From the IMG/VR virus record IMGVR_UViG_3300032046_005782, positions 1 to 52,532 of that record: a DNA stretch of 52,532 bases; one strand, 5' to 3'. This DNA comes from a virus (Duplodnaviria > Caudoviricetes). Position 1 is the first letter of the stretch, and the number at the start of each line of letters is the position of its first letter. The notes beneath the pieces were generated by a model. The model worked only from the letters and a program-made list of their open reading frames with translations. It made no database searches and was not told the origin of the DNA. A program made the position numbers and the translations under genes. This document shows, piece after piece, positions 1-8,142 of this stretch.

Positions 1-1811
1 GGGGGTACGCCCGCTTCTTCTTTCCCGGTCGCAGTCGCAGTTCCCCCTACCCCACCCAGGGCTCCCCCTGCCCCATCCATGGGTGGGTTCCCCCTACCCT
101 GTTCGTCATCCCCCTGTTCGTCAACCTGGGGGGGCTGCTCCTGCTGGCCGTCGAGGTCGTCACCCATGATGGCCAGGCTGAGAGGGTCGGGGAGGGGGCA
201 CTCGTAGATTCTCCACTCGCCAGGGGGCTGCTTCTCCTGGATGGGGTTGGCCTGGAGTGTGCGGGCGACTGCTGCGCGCGCGGGGTCCGCCTCGCGCGGG
301 AGGTCCGCCTCGCGCAGGCGGGCGACTGCATCGCGGACTCTCTGAAATGGGGCTCCCCCATCGGCGAGACCGAGAGCGCGGCAGGCTGCGCGGATGCTAT
401 AGGATGGGTTCCATCCCATGGCCTGCAGGCGGGTCACCAAGAGATCCACTTCATCTGGCGGGAGCGGTGGGGGCGGTGGCAGGAGGATGGCCTGCTGGCT
501 GGTCGGCGGTGGTGTGGCTGGAGCCGGCGCAGGGCCTGCCTGCTGGCTGGTCGGCGGTGGTGTGGCTGGAGCCGGCGCAGGGCCTGCCTGCTGGCTGGTC
601 GGCGGTGGTGTGGCTGGAGCGATTCCGTCAGTGCGCAGGATGCTGACGATTTGGCGCAGGTTGCCCACTGCCTTCGCCCAAAAGGCGCGGTTAGCGGGAT
701 TCCCTGGCTGCTGCGCATTTGTCCATGCCCCTTCCTGTACAATCCAGGCGATGATGTCCTTGTGTTCGTCGGGGTCAGTGAAAGGAACCTGGAACCGCAC
801 CACCCGGCCTTCGGCGATGGCCAGAAAATCTCCACTCCCGATCAAACGTTCTGCCCCAGTCCCTGACCACCCGGTGGCGGTGCGGGCGTCGTCGATGCTG
901 GCCACTCGCCCAACCAGGCGGACGTTGAAGTTGGCCTTCACCAGAGGTCCGAGGACGGCGGAGGTCGGTTTTTGCGTAGCGGCAATGATGTGGATTCCCG
1001 CTTCTCGTCCACGTTGCAGGAGGCGGGTCAGGGCCCATTGCGCGCGGTCACCCTCGACCAGCAGGTAGTCCACCAGTTCGTCTATGAAGACGCAGACCGA
1101 CACCTTGCGGATTTCCAGAGCGGTTGACCGTCGTTCCATTAGACGGACGAGGCTTTCTAAGCATTCCGTCGTTTCTGTGTGGGTCGTGATGACCGGCCTG
1201 ACCAGGTGCGGCAAGGGCGAGAAGTTGGAGAAGGCATGCCCTTTCGGGTCGACCAGAATCAGTCCCAGGTACGCATTATAGTTGGGTTCCTGTTGATCTG
1301 GCTTGTCAAGTTGATTACCTGGCGGTGGGCGATGCGTCATGGCCATGCTGGTGATCATGGCGGTCATCAGCATGGTCTTTCCTGCTCCCGTGTTCCCGGC
1401 GACAAGGATGTGGGCAACGTCGGGAGACTCGATCCTGATCAGCAGGGGGGCTCCGTCTTCAGCCAGTCCAAGCAGGGCCTGGGTGTGGGTGAAACCGAGG
1501 GCTCCGCCATTGCTATCGGCGAGCTGCTTCATCAGGGGCAGGAAATTGACGGGCTGTGGGTCGTCACGCGGGACTTCGACGACGAGGGCTGCTCCAGCAC
1601 GGCAGACGCGGACTCCTGTGGGGACGTCGAGGGCGGCTGCTAATTCCTCACTCAATCCCTTGATGCGCGACAGTTTCACTCCGGGCTGTGGCAGGATGGC
1701 GAACCTTATCCATCGCGGCGTGACCGATCCTCCTGTCACCTGGCCTGGTACTTTGTGCAGGGCCAATACCGCCTCGATGCGGTCGGCCATAAACTCAACC
1801 TTTTTTCTCAT
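1..1811 (-). CDS. ftsK: FtsK/SpoIIIE-family DNA translocase ATPase (main part; continues across the window end)
   Basis: Missing from the ORF track because it has no stop before position 1. Manual translation from ATG 1811 (GGAGGA RBS) gives MRKKVEFMADRIEAVLALHKV..., Walker A HILVAGNTGAGKT, LILVDPKG, Walker B VFIDELVD, RGREAGIHIIAATQKP, GAERLIGSGDFL, then a Pro-rich linker and a possible wHTH (SIRAACRALG). Confidence 0.92.
   Translation of the reverse strand, partial: MRKKVEFMADRIEAVLALHKVPGQVTGGSVTPRWIRFAILPQPGVKLSRIKGLSEELAAALDVPTGVRVCRAGAALVVEVPRDDPQPVNFLPLMKQLADSNGGALGFTHTQALLGLAEDGAPLLIRIESPDVAHILVAGNTGAGKTMLMTAMITSMAMTHRPPPGNQLDKPDQQEPNYNAYLGLILVDPKGHAFSNFSPLPHLVRPVITTHTETTECLESLVRLMERRSTALEIRKVSVCVFIDELVDYLLVEGDRAQWALTRLLQRGREAGIHIIAATQKPTSAVLGPLVKANFNVRLVGRVASIDDARTATGWSGTGAERLIGSGDFLAIAEGRVVRFQVPFTDPDEHKDIIAWIVQEGAWTNAQQPGNPANRAFWAKAVGNLRQIVSILRTDGIAPATPPPTSQQAGPAPAPATPPPTSQQAGPAPAPATPPPTSQQAILLPPPPPLPPDEVDLLVTRLQAMGWNPSYSIRAACRALGLADGGAPFQRVRDAVARLREADLPREADPARAAVARTLQANPIQEKQPPGEWRIYECPLPDPLSLAIMGDDLDGQQEQPPQVDEQGDDEQGRGNPPMDGAGGALGGVGGTATATGKEEAGVP
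490..620. repeat. 48-bp tandem repeat (about 2.7 copies) encoding the Pro/Ala linker APATPPPTSQQAGPAP of FtsK
   Basis: Units start at 490, 538 and 586. Confidence 0.95.
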
Positions 1812-1917
1812 AGTTCCTCCATTCTGTGGGAGGCGATTCTAGCAGTCCAAATCGCCCATGCGCATTACTATCCACTACCCCACTTTTTGACCGTTCTGTG
1901 CCATCCTGGGGCATCAA

Positions 1918-2001
1918 ACGGTGTCCTTGCACGGTGTCCCAAAGGGCACCCTCTACGGTGTCCTATACGACACCCTCAAGGGTGCCGTTTAACGACACCG
2001 T
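1918..2001. repeat. Array of ACGGTGTC-like repeats with about 12-13 bp period in mixed orientation; candidate parS centromere
   Basis: acggtgtcc at 1918, 1931 and 1955, gggcaccc 1944, gacaccc 1969, gggtgcc 1980, gacaccgt 1994. Lies directly downstream of the parA partner gene. Confidence 0.65.
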
Positions 2002-2035
2002 TCGATCCTGGATGGGCGCGACTGCGGGATTTGGC

Positions 2036-2404
2036 TCAGACTTCCAAACTCACTTTTCCGGTCAAAATCGCCTCGACTGTTTGGTCCGTCACCAGGTACT
2101 CGAAGAGCGGTGACCGGGTGAATGTCTTGACCGCTTCGAGGCTCCACCTGCCGGCCTGGAGCGTGTGCAGGGCCTGGGCCAGGAGGGCGGCTACGAGCGC
2201 GCTGTTGGTCATAGACTCGGCCTGCCCAACCTGGCCGACCGCCTCGAGCAGGGCCTGCGGGAGGTCATAGGTGGCGCGTGTCCTTGCCTTGTCGCGCTTC
2301 CATTTCCGGCGATCCGCAGGCGCCATCGTCGCGGCTGCTTGGCGCTGATCCGCCTCGCCGAGGAGGGCTGCGACTGTGGGGTCGACGGCTTGTCGGCGGG
2401 TCAT
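2036..2404 (-). CDS. Small ParA partner, probable ribbon-helix-helix centromere-binding protein
   Basis: 4-bp overlap with the parA stop. RTRATYDLPQALLEAVGQVGQAESMTNSALVAALL fits a beta-alpha-alpha RHH pattern. Confidence 0.65.
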   Translation of the reverse strand: MTRRQAVDPTVAALLGEADQRQAAATMAPADRRKWKRDKARTRATYDLPQALLEAVGQVGQAESMTNSALVAALLAQALHTLQAGRWSLEAVKTFTRSPLFEYLVTDQTVEAILTGKVSLEV

Positions 2405-3186
2405 GGTATCACACTCCGAGCGCGATCCACAAACTCCCTGTACCCTCCCCTATGGCCATTGCCCAGGTTCATTCCCAGGACGCTGCGGGAGGTCGGGGCA
2501 TATTCCCAGATTGTCTGACCGTGGGCGGGCGCTTCGCGCAGATGCACGTCGGTCGGGATGGGGGCCAGTACGAGGGCCTGAAAGGTGGTTGCTAGAGCGC
2601 GCAGTTGCAGCAGGGTTTCGGTGGTCTGGCGGTCATAGAACGTCGGCAGGATGCCAAGGACGCGCGGGGCTGCATTCCCGGCCTGGCGGATTTGTACCAT
2701 GCTCCGGATGACTTCATTTACGCCATCGACTGCCAGGAAATCCAGGCGGGTCGGGATGACGATCCACTGGGCGGCTACGATGGCGGCTACGTGCAGGACA
2801 TCGAGCGAGGGCGCGCAGTCGATGACCGTGACGTCGAATACCTGCTCCAGTCCCTGGATGGTCGTCTGCAGGATGCGTTCCCGAAACGACATGCCGGTCA
2901 GGGTCCGCTTGGCCTGTTCCGTGGTCTTGTCGCTTGGCAACATCCAGAGGTTCGGGCGGGCCTGGACGATGGGCAGGGGGTCGTGGCCGTTGTAATTCGC
3001 GCGGTCGACGAGCGCGCGAATCCCAGGCGCCTTTTCGAGACCGAGGGCCACTGCCACATGCCCTTGCGGGTCCGTATCGACGATCAGGACGCGCAGGGAC
3101 TGCATGGCGAGGGCGTGGGCGAGGGTGACGGCTGTCGTGGTCTTGGCCGTTCCCCCTTTTTGATTCACGATTGCGAATGTGACCAT
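2401..3186 (-). CDS. parA: ParA/Soj partition ATPase
   Basis: Deviant Walker A NQKGGTAKTTT, VDTDPQG, IDCAPSL, LREAPAHGQTIWEYAP. Confidence 0.95.
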   Translation of the reverse strand: MVTFAIVNQKGGTAKTTTAVTLAHALAMQSLRVLIVDTDPQGHVAVALGLEKAPGIRALVDRANYNGHDPLPIVQARPNLWMLPSDKTTEQAKRTLTGMSFRERILQTTIQGLEQVFDVTVIDCAPSLDVLHVAAIVAAQWIVIPTRLDFLAVDGVNEVIRSMVQIRQAGNAAPRVLGILPTFYDRQTTETLLQLRALATTFQALVLAPIPTDVHLREAPAHGQTIWEYAPTSRSVLGMNLGNGHRGGYREFVDRARSVIP

Positions 3187-3215
3187 CTGGACTTCCTCCT
3201 GGGGTTTGGGGGGGC

Positions 3216-3470
3216 CTACTCGCTGGAGAGCGGGACGGTTGGCTCCAGCACATTGGTCTGGTGGAAGGTGTAGCGGACGGGGAGCAGTTGCAGGTAGGGG
3301 ATTCCTTCCTTCGTGATGACCACGACTTTGCCCTTCGAGGCCAGGGCGAAGTACTTTGCCATGTCGCGTCTTAACTCGGTGATGGAGACGAGGATGGGGT
3401 CGTTCTGCGAAGCAGGCATGATCACCATTTCCTCTGTTCCTTCTTGGGCTGTTGCTGCTGGACTGTTCAT
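3216..3470 (-). CDS. Phd/YefM-family antitoxin-like DNA-binding protein
   Basis: VSITELRRDMAKYFALASKGKVVVITKEGIP matches the Phd/YefM N-terminal pattern. CAGGAGGA RBS. Confidence 0.75.
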   Translation of the reverse strand: MNSPAATAQEGTEEMVIMPASQNDPILVSITELRRDMAKYFALASKGKVVVITKEGIPYLQLLPVRYTFHQTNVLEPTVPLSSE

Positions 3471-3505
3471 CTTGTGTGTTCCTCCTGTAAGATCAGAATA
3501 CAGAT

Positions 3506-3534
3506 ATTATACTCTCGTTATCACCTGACGTCAA
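3506..3534 (-). promoter_or_regulatory. Sigma70-type promoter for the phd-parA operon
   Basis: TTGACG-17 bp-TATAAT on the minus strand. Confidence 0.8.
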
Positions 3535-3587
3535 GTGTCTATTCGGTGAAGGTTTGCTGTACAGGGGCCATTAGTACCCTGGGGGAC

Positions 3588-3616
3588 TAGACTTTTGTTG
3601 TGTTTTCTGCTATACT
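3588..3616 (+). promoter_or_regulatory. Sigma70-type promoter for the methyltransferase gene
   Basis: TAGACT-17 bp-TATACT with an extended TG. Confidence 0.65.
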
Positions 3617-3642
3617 GGTACTTGGGCAGGTTGACTATAGCA

Positions 3643-3654
3643 TTGACTTGTCAA
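3643..3654. promoter_or_regulatory. Palindromic operator candidate TTGACTTGTCAA
   Basis: Perfect 5-2-5 palindrome. Identical at 16953, one mismatch at 26310 and 32739, all intergenic. Confidence 0.6.
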
Positions 3655-3675
3655 CCCTACTGCCCAGGAGGGCCT

Positions 3676-5133
3676 ATGTCGAAAAAGGCGCGCGTTGTTG
3701 TTGCTCCTGCTCCGGGTGGGCCTGCTCCCCTGCGGAGTGGGGTAGTCCATCGGGACGACATTCCCGTGGTGGCCTGCAAACCCAATCCTCGAAACTACAA
3801 CAGGCATGGGCCTGACCAGATCGCGCGGTTGCGCTTTTCCCTGCGCCAGTTCGGCCAGGTCAAATCCATCGTCGTCCAGGACAGAGACGATGGTTCGTTT
3901 TTGCTTGTCGCAGGGGAGGGGGTCTGGCGGGCGTTGGTGGCCGAGGGACTCCAGGCGGTCAAAGCGGACGTCATTCCCGCCTCGTGGAGCGAGGCGGAGG
4001 TCTTGGCATATCTGGCGGCTGACAATGAAACCGCCAGGCTTTCCGATCCTGATCAGGAGCAGTTGGCCATGCTGCTGGTGGACGTCCACCAGCAGGCGGG
4101 CCATGACTTGGCTGCGCTGGCGGCTGGTACGGAGGAGCGCCTGGCCACTCTTTTCGCCGACACCCAGATCGAGGCATTACCTGGCGCTGACGTGGGTGAA
4201 GATCCAGGGCCACAGGGAGGCGATGCACCAGAGCGCCTGCTCGATGCCTGGCGGGTGGAGCCGGGGCAGTTATGGGTCATCCCATCGCGGGTGGTTCCTG
4301 GCGGGTGGCATCGCCTGCGCTGCGGAAACTCGCGCAACCGGTACGAGATCGCCAACCTGGTGACCGACATCCAGGTGCAGTGGGTCTGGACAGATCCACC
4401 TTATGGGGCGGACTATACCGGGCGAACGGCGGATGCGCTGGTGATCCAGGGCGACACTCCGGAGGAGGTCGAGGCGCTGCTGAGCGATGCCTTCGCGGCT
4501 ATAACGCCATTCCTGATGAAGGGCTGTCCCATTTACGTGTGTCATCCTGGCGGGCCACTAACCGAGATTTTCATGCGCTGTTTCCGTGGCGCTGGTTGGC
4601 TGCTCCACCAGGACTTGGTTTGGCTCAAAGATTCCTTCGTGATGGGCCACTCCGATTACCATTACCGCCATGAACCAGTCCTATATGGCGGGACTTCGGG
4701 GGCTGATCTTCCCTGGGTCGATGAGGAGGGGGAGCAGATGGGGCCTGAGTGGGACGTCGGTGCCGGCCTGTACGCATGGCAACACGAGGCGACTCTTTAT
4801 GGCTGGTCGCAGGGTCAGAGACGGCCATGGTATGGCGGGCGTAACAAGGGTTCCGTGATGGTCGTCGCTCGCCCGAAGCGGTCCGAGTTCTATCCTACCG
4901 CGAAACCGCCAGAACTGATTGCGGGGCATCTGCGGAATTCCTCGCTGCCGGGGTCGGTGGGCCTTGATCCATTTTTGGGTTATGGGTCGACGATGGTGGC
5001 GGGCGAGCGCCTGGGGCGGCTGGTGTTCGGGCAGGACATCGAACCTAAGTACTGCGCGGCTACCCTGGAGCGGATGGCCTTGATGGGTCTAAGACCACGG
5101 TTAGCTCAGAATGCAAACGGGGAGGTTGTATGA
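3676..5133 (+). CDS. ParB/Srx-domain N4C/N6A DNA methyltransferase
   Basis: N-terminal ParB-like NPRNYNRH...FGQVKSIVV...LAADNET, catalytic TDPPY, PTAKPPELI and SAM motif LDPFLGYGST. Start set at ATG 3676 after AGGAGG. Confidence 0.92.
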   Translation: MSKKARVVVAPAPGGPAPLRSGVVHRDDIPVVACKPNPRNYNRHGPDQIARLRFSLRQFGQVKSIVVQDRDDGSFLLVAGEGVWRALVAEGLQAVKADVIPASWSEAEVLAYLAADNETARLSDPDQEQLAMLLVDVHQQAGHDLAALAAGTEERLATLFADTQIEALPGADVGEDPGPQGGDAPERLLDAWRVEPGQLWVIPSRVVPGGWHRLRCGNSRNRYEIANLVTDIQVQWVWTDPPYGADYTGRTADALVIQGDTPEEVEALLSDAFAAITPFLMKGCPIYVCHPGGPLTEIFMRCFRGAGWLLHQDLVWLKDSFVMGHSDYHYRHEPVLYGGTSGADLPWVDEEGEQMGPEWDVGAGLYAWQHEATLYGWSQGQRRPWYGGRNKGSVMVVARPKRSEFYPTAKPPELIAGHLRNSSLPGSVGLDPFLGYGSTMVAGERLGRLVFGQDIEPKYCAATLERMALMGLRPRLAQNANGEVV

Positions 5134-5387
5134 ATCCAGACACGGGTCAAATGGTGGCGTTGGTGGAGGGGCAGACTGCCCCTTCCGGGTGGCCTGTATT
5201 TTCAATCGGCCAAGAGCTAATGCTCCAGGGTTACAAGTTTGTTATCACGCGCATAAACCGGTCGTCTATCGTGTTAAAGCCTGCAGTCGCGCTTGAACGT
5301 GCATCTGTGCAGATGGCGCAGTTGGCTGCACTTCCTGCCGTGGCGAGTTCGCGGAAGAAAAAGCGGAGACGTCGGCGACATCATTAG
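5130..5387 (+). CDS. Hypothetical protein with basic C-terminal tail
   Basis: ATGA overlap with the MTase gene and GGAGG RBS. Confidence 0.7.
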   Translation: MNPDTGQMVALVEGQTAPSGWPVFSIGQELMLQGYKFVITRINRSSIVLKPAVALERASVQMAQLAALPAVASSRKKKRRRRRHH

Positions 5388-5421
5388 GGTGCGACTGGAT
5401 TATGTCACGTTGGAAGGGGTA

Positions 5422-5449
5422 GTTTGACATAAATAGTTATAGTCGGAAT
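5422..5449 (-). other. dif-like XerCD site candidate
   Basis: Minus strand reads ATTCCGACTAT-AACTAT-TTATGTCAAAC. The right arm resembles XerD arms (E. coli TTATGTTAAAT). AT-rich spacer between convergent genes. Confidence 0.5.
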
Positions 5450-5947
5450 CTAGCAGGGGGGGTCAAAAAGACTCCCCTGGCTGTACGCCAGATGGGGTCT
5501 CTCGGCCAGCACAGTGTCCCACTTCTTGCGCAATTCGGCCAGGCGGTCTACGGGTCGGAAATATCCATACCAGACGCTGGCGGTGTTCTGCAGATCCACT
5601 CCAGCCTGGTCCAGCAGGGCGGTCAGATTGTTGATTTCCTCGACCAGGGCGGGGAAAGTGGCAAGAAACAGGTTCTGGTCGGCAACGAGTTGATGGTAGC
5701 AAACGTTACTGTTCCACTTCCGGATACTCTCGAGGAGGGTCTTGTTCGCCTGCAGTTCTGGCAGGTGATCAAGCTGCCAGTGCGTTCCGCCTACGCGCAG
5801 GAGGCACTCCACGTGGACGTCGACCAGGGCCTGGCCCAGGCATTGCCATCCCTTGCTCACCAGGACGCTGGTCGTGTAGTCGGTGCCGGCCTGGCTACAG
5901 AGCGGGCAGATCGGTTCGGGGTTAGAAGGGCCTGGGTTCTTGGGCAT
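5450..5947 (-). CDS. Hypothetical protein with N-terminal CxxC
   Basis: Last gene of a minus-strand operon; overlaps the upstream gene. Confidence 0.7.
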   Translation of the reverse strand: MPKNPGPSNPEPICPLCSQAGTDYTTSVLVSKGWQCLGQALVDVHVECLLRVGGTHWQLDHLPELQANKTLLESIRKWNSNVCYHQLVADQNLFLATFPALVEEINNLTALLDQAGVDLQNTASVWYGYFRPVDRLAELRKKWDTVLAERPHLAYSQGSLFDPPC

Positions 5948-6215
5948 GCTGCACCATCACTTGCTTCTCCGCCTCGCTGGCGTGGTTGTAGCGGTCCAGC
6001 CAATCCACTGCCAGATCGAGCGTGGTGGCCACAACCACCAGGCGGGCTGACGGCTTTATGCAGACCGCATAGTCGTTCGAGGTCTTCACCCAGTAGGTGT
6101 TGGGGTCACCCGTGTTCTTGGTCAGCATTCCCACACGGCCGTCCACCATTTCGACGATGGTGCCGGTCTGCAGGTTGCGGGCCTTCGCCCACTGTGGGTC
6201 TTTCTTCTCGGCCAT
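5922..6215 (-). CDS. Hypothetical protein (SH3/KOW-like pattern)
   Basis: AAGGAGG RBS; coupled to the radical SAM gene. Confidence 0.75.
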   Translation of the reverse strand: MAEKKDPQWAKARNLQTGTIVEMVDGRVGMLTKNTGDPNTYWVKTSNDYAVCIKPSARLVVVATTLDLAVDWLDRYNHASEAEKQVMVQHAQEPRPF

Positions 6216-6952
6216 CAAATCCTCCTTGCGGCTTTCAGGGTATCCTGCTTCATCAGGTAGGGCAATCCGAGGCTATCCAGCAGGCGGATGGCCTGGTCCA
6301 CAAAATCCTTCCAGTCGGGCGGGTGCGCCAGGGCCTGGTAATTGAGTTTGCCCACCTTGCACTCGTCGATGTAGGGAGCCGCTTTCCGTATCAGGGCCAG
6401 GGTATCTTCCGGGTAGATCACGGGTTCAAAGGATGCCCAGGTATGGATGCCCTGATGATGCGCTTCCCGAAGCAGGGCCAGACGTTCCTCCGTGGTGCCG
6501 GAGTTCGATTCCCACACCATTTGGTTCCAGTTCCCCAGGCAGGTCAGGGTGACCGCGAAGGCATCACGGTCAGGCTCCAGGAGATCAAAATCCCTGCGGG
6601 GCAATTGACCGGCCTTCGTCAGGATGGCCACACCATGGCCTGTATCGTGCAAAATCTGGATGGCCTTGCGCGTGATGCCGGCCTGGGCTTCCTGCGGCTG
6701 GTAGGGGTCGCAGGTGAAGCAGAGCAAGACCTGGCCTGCTTTGCCTTCGGCTTCCCGATGCAGGGCGCTGGCCTGCAGGCGGGTCAGGACGTCCTTGCGC
6801 GGGGCTGCGCCATTCACAAACTCGTCACGGGTCATGTGCAGGACGCGCGGTCCGTAGCAGTAGCGACATCCGTGGGCACATCCTTGATACAGGTTGGCGG
6901 CCAGGCTGGAGTACTCGCCTGCCCGACCGGTGGGTTCGTAGATTATACCCAT
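6215..6952 (-). CDS. Radical SAM protein (SplB-like phage type)
   Basis: CAHGCRYC (CxxxCxxC), TCDPYQP, ILTK, SFEPVI. Confidence 0.92.
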   Translation of the reverse strand: MGIIYEPTGRAGEYSSLAANLYQGCAHGCRYCYGPRVLHMTRDEFVNGAAPRKDVLTRLQASALHREAEGKAGQVLLCFTCDPYQPQEAQAGITRKAIQILHDTGHGVAILTKAGQLPRRDFDLLEPDRDAFAVTLTCLGNWNQMVWESNSGTTEERLALLREAHHQGIHTWASFEPVIYPEDTLALIRKAAPYIDECKVGKLNYQALAHPPDWKDFVDQAIRLLDSLGLPYLMKQDTLKAARRI

Positions 6953-7164
6953 GCGCTTGCTCCTTCTCTCAGGATGACGTTTACTTCCGGTTTCGTGGCC
7001 ATGTGCAGTTGGTCGGCCAGGACGGTGGACAGGGCATGCTCGATGCCAGACGTGAGCGCGATCGAGGGTTCCAGGTCATTTGCGTCGTCACAGTGGATCA
7101 TGGCGCGCAGGGCCTGCTCCAGATATGTTGGGGCGTCAACGTGGACTCTCATCTGTATGATCAT
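6943..7164 (-). CDS. Hypothetical protein, paralogue of 7136-7390
   Basis: CAGGAGGA RBS. Aligns by eye with its neighbour (MII...QAL...I.C...EP...LT..IE.AL...H.AT.P.V.VI). Confidence 0.8.
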   Translation of the reverse strand: MIIQMRVHVDAPTYLEQALRAMIHCDDANDLEPSIALTSGIEHALSTVLADQLHMATKPEVNVILREGASAWV

Positions 7165-7390
7165 CTGTTTCCTCCTGCTCTATATACGAACTGGGGTCAA
7201 GAATGATCACCTGGACTGAGGGCCAGGTGGCCAGATGCATGCGCTCAATCAGGCAAAGGGCCAAGGCTTCCTCGATCTTGGCGGTGAGGTGCATCGCGGG
7301 TTCTGCATCGCGTGATTCCTCACAGCGGATAGTTCTGGCCAGGGCCTGGGCCTGGTCGGTTGGTAGATCAACCTTGATGTGTATGATCAT
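7136..7390 (-). CDS. Hypothetical protein, paralogue of 6943-7164
   Basis: CAGGAGGA RBS, downstream of an ECF-like promoter. Confidence 0.8.
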   Translation of the reverse strand: MIIHIKVDLPTDQAQALARTIRCEESRDAEPAMHLTAKIEEALALCLIERMHLATWPSVQVIILDPSSYIEQEETDDHTDESPR

Positions 7391-7426
7391 CTGTTTCCTC
7401 CTGCTCTATATACGAACTGGGGTCAA
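7154..7426. repeat. Exact 47-bp direct repeat (7154-7200 and 7380-7426)
   Basis: tgtatgatcatctgtttcctcctgctctatatacgaactggggtcaa occurs twice. Confidence 0.95.
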
Positions 7427-7439
7427 AAAACTTCAGTTG
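7407..7439 (-). promoter_or_regulatory. ECF-sigma-like promoter, copy 1
   Basis: CAACTGAAG-N16-CGTATA, upstream of an RBS. Confidence 0.75.
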
Positions 7440-7449
7440 GGAGGCTGTT

Positions 7450-8142
7450 ATGGTTCCGGGACGTGGGCGTGCTGCTGAATTAGGACTTCCCCCTGCCCTG
7501 GCCACTCCCATGGGTGCGGATGGCCAGCAGGCGGGCGTGGACATTTTAGCGGACGATGGGCTGGAGTTCCCGCAGGAGGCTTACGGGTGGTTGAACGCTG
7601 AGTTGCGGGCGCTGCTGGCCATGATCCAGGGTCCACATCAGCGGAAGAAAAGGCGGACGGCCGTTGTCTTGGCCTTCGCCCAGGCGATGCAGGAGCCGAT
7701 GCGCCAGGTCTTCCGCCGTCATGCGGTAAGGGGCATCTGCTCCGAGCGGGTCTGGTATCAGAAATGGCAGTATGTTCCGGAGATCTGGTCCGCCTACATG
7801 GCATGCCTGGCGCGTTGCCTGGAGTTCCTCGACGAGGACACGGTCAAGATCGAGGAGCATTTCCTGCGGGTGAGACGTCGTCACAAAGCGCGCTATTCTT
7901 CCGAGGTGCCGGTGGCACTGGCCAGCATCATGGCCAACCCGCAAGAGCGCGCGGGAGATCGCATCGAGGCTGCTCTCGCGCTTTATAACCTCGACGAGGC
8001 GGCTGGTGGGAGATCCGGTCGGACGGTGGTCGAGGTCCAGGGCGTCGATGGGATTGACCGGGCCTTGCGGGAAGAGTTGGCGCGTTTGAACTTGGTTCCG
8101 GCTGCTCCCGGCGCTGACGCAGATCCACAGGGGGACTCTTGA
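7450..8142 (+). CDS. Probable terminase small subunit
   Basis: Helical protein overlapping the terL start; GGAGG RBS. Confidence 0.65.
   Translation: MVPGRGRAAELGLPPALATPMGADGQQAGVDILADDGLEFPQEAYGWLNAELRALLAMIQGPHQRKKRRTAVVLAFAQAMQEPMRQVFRRHAVRGICSERVWYQKWQYVPEIWSAYMACLARCLEFLDEDTVKIEEHFLRVRRRHKARYSSEVPVALASIMANPQERAGDRIEAALALYNLDEAAGGRSGRTVVEVQGVDGIDRALREELARLNLVPAAPGADADPQGDS

Noticed and set aside
47-1842. Listed short ORFs at the left end
   Set aside because: All overlap the unlisted FtsK frame, which has clear ATPase motifs.
5492-7219. 575-aa plus-strand ORF
   Set aside because: Antisense shadow of the radical SAM operon in GC-rich DNA; no motifs.
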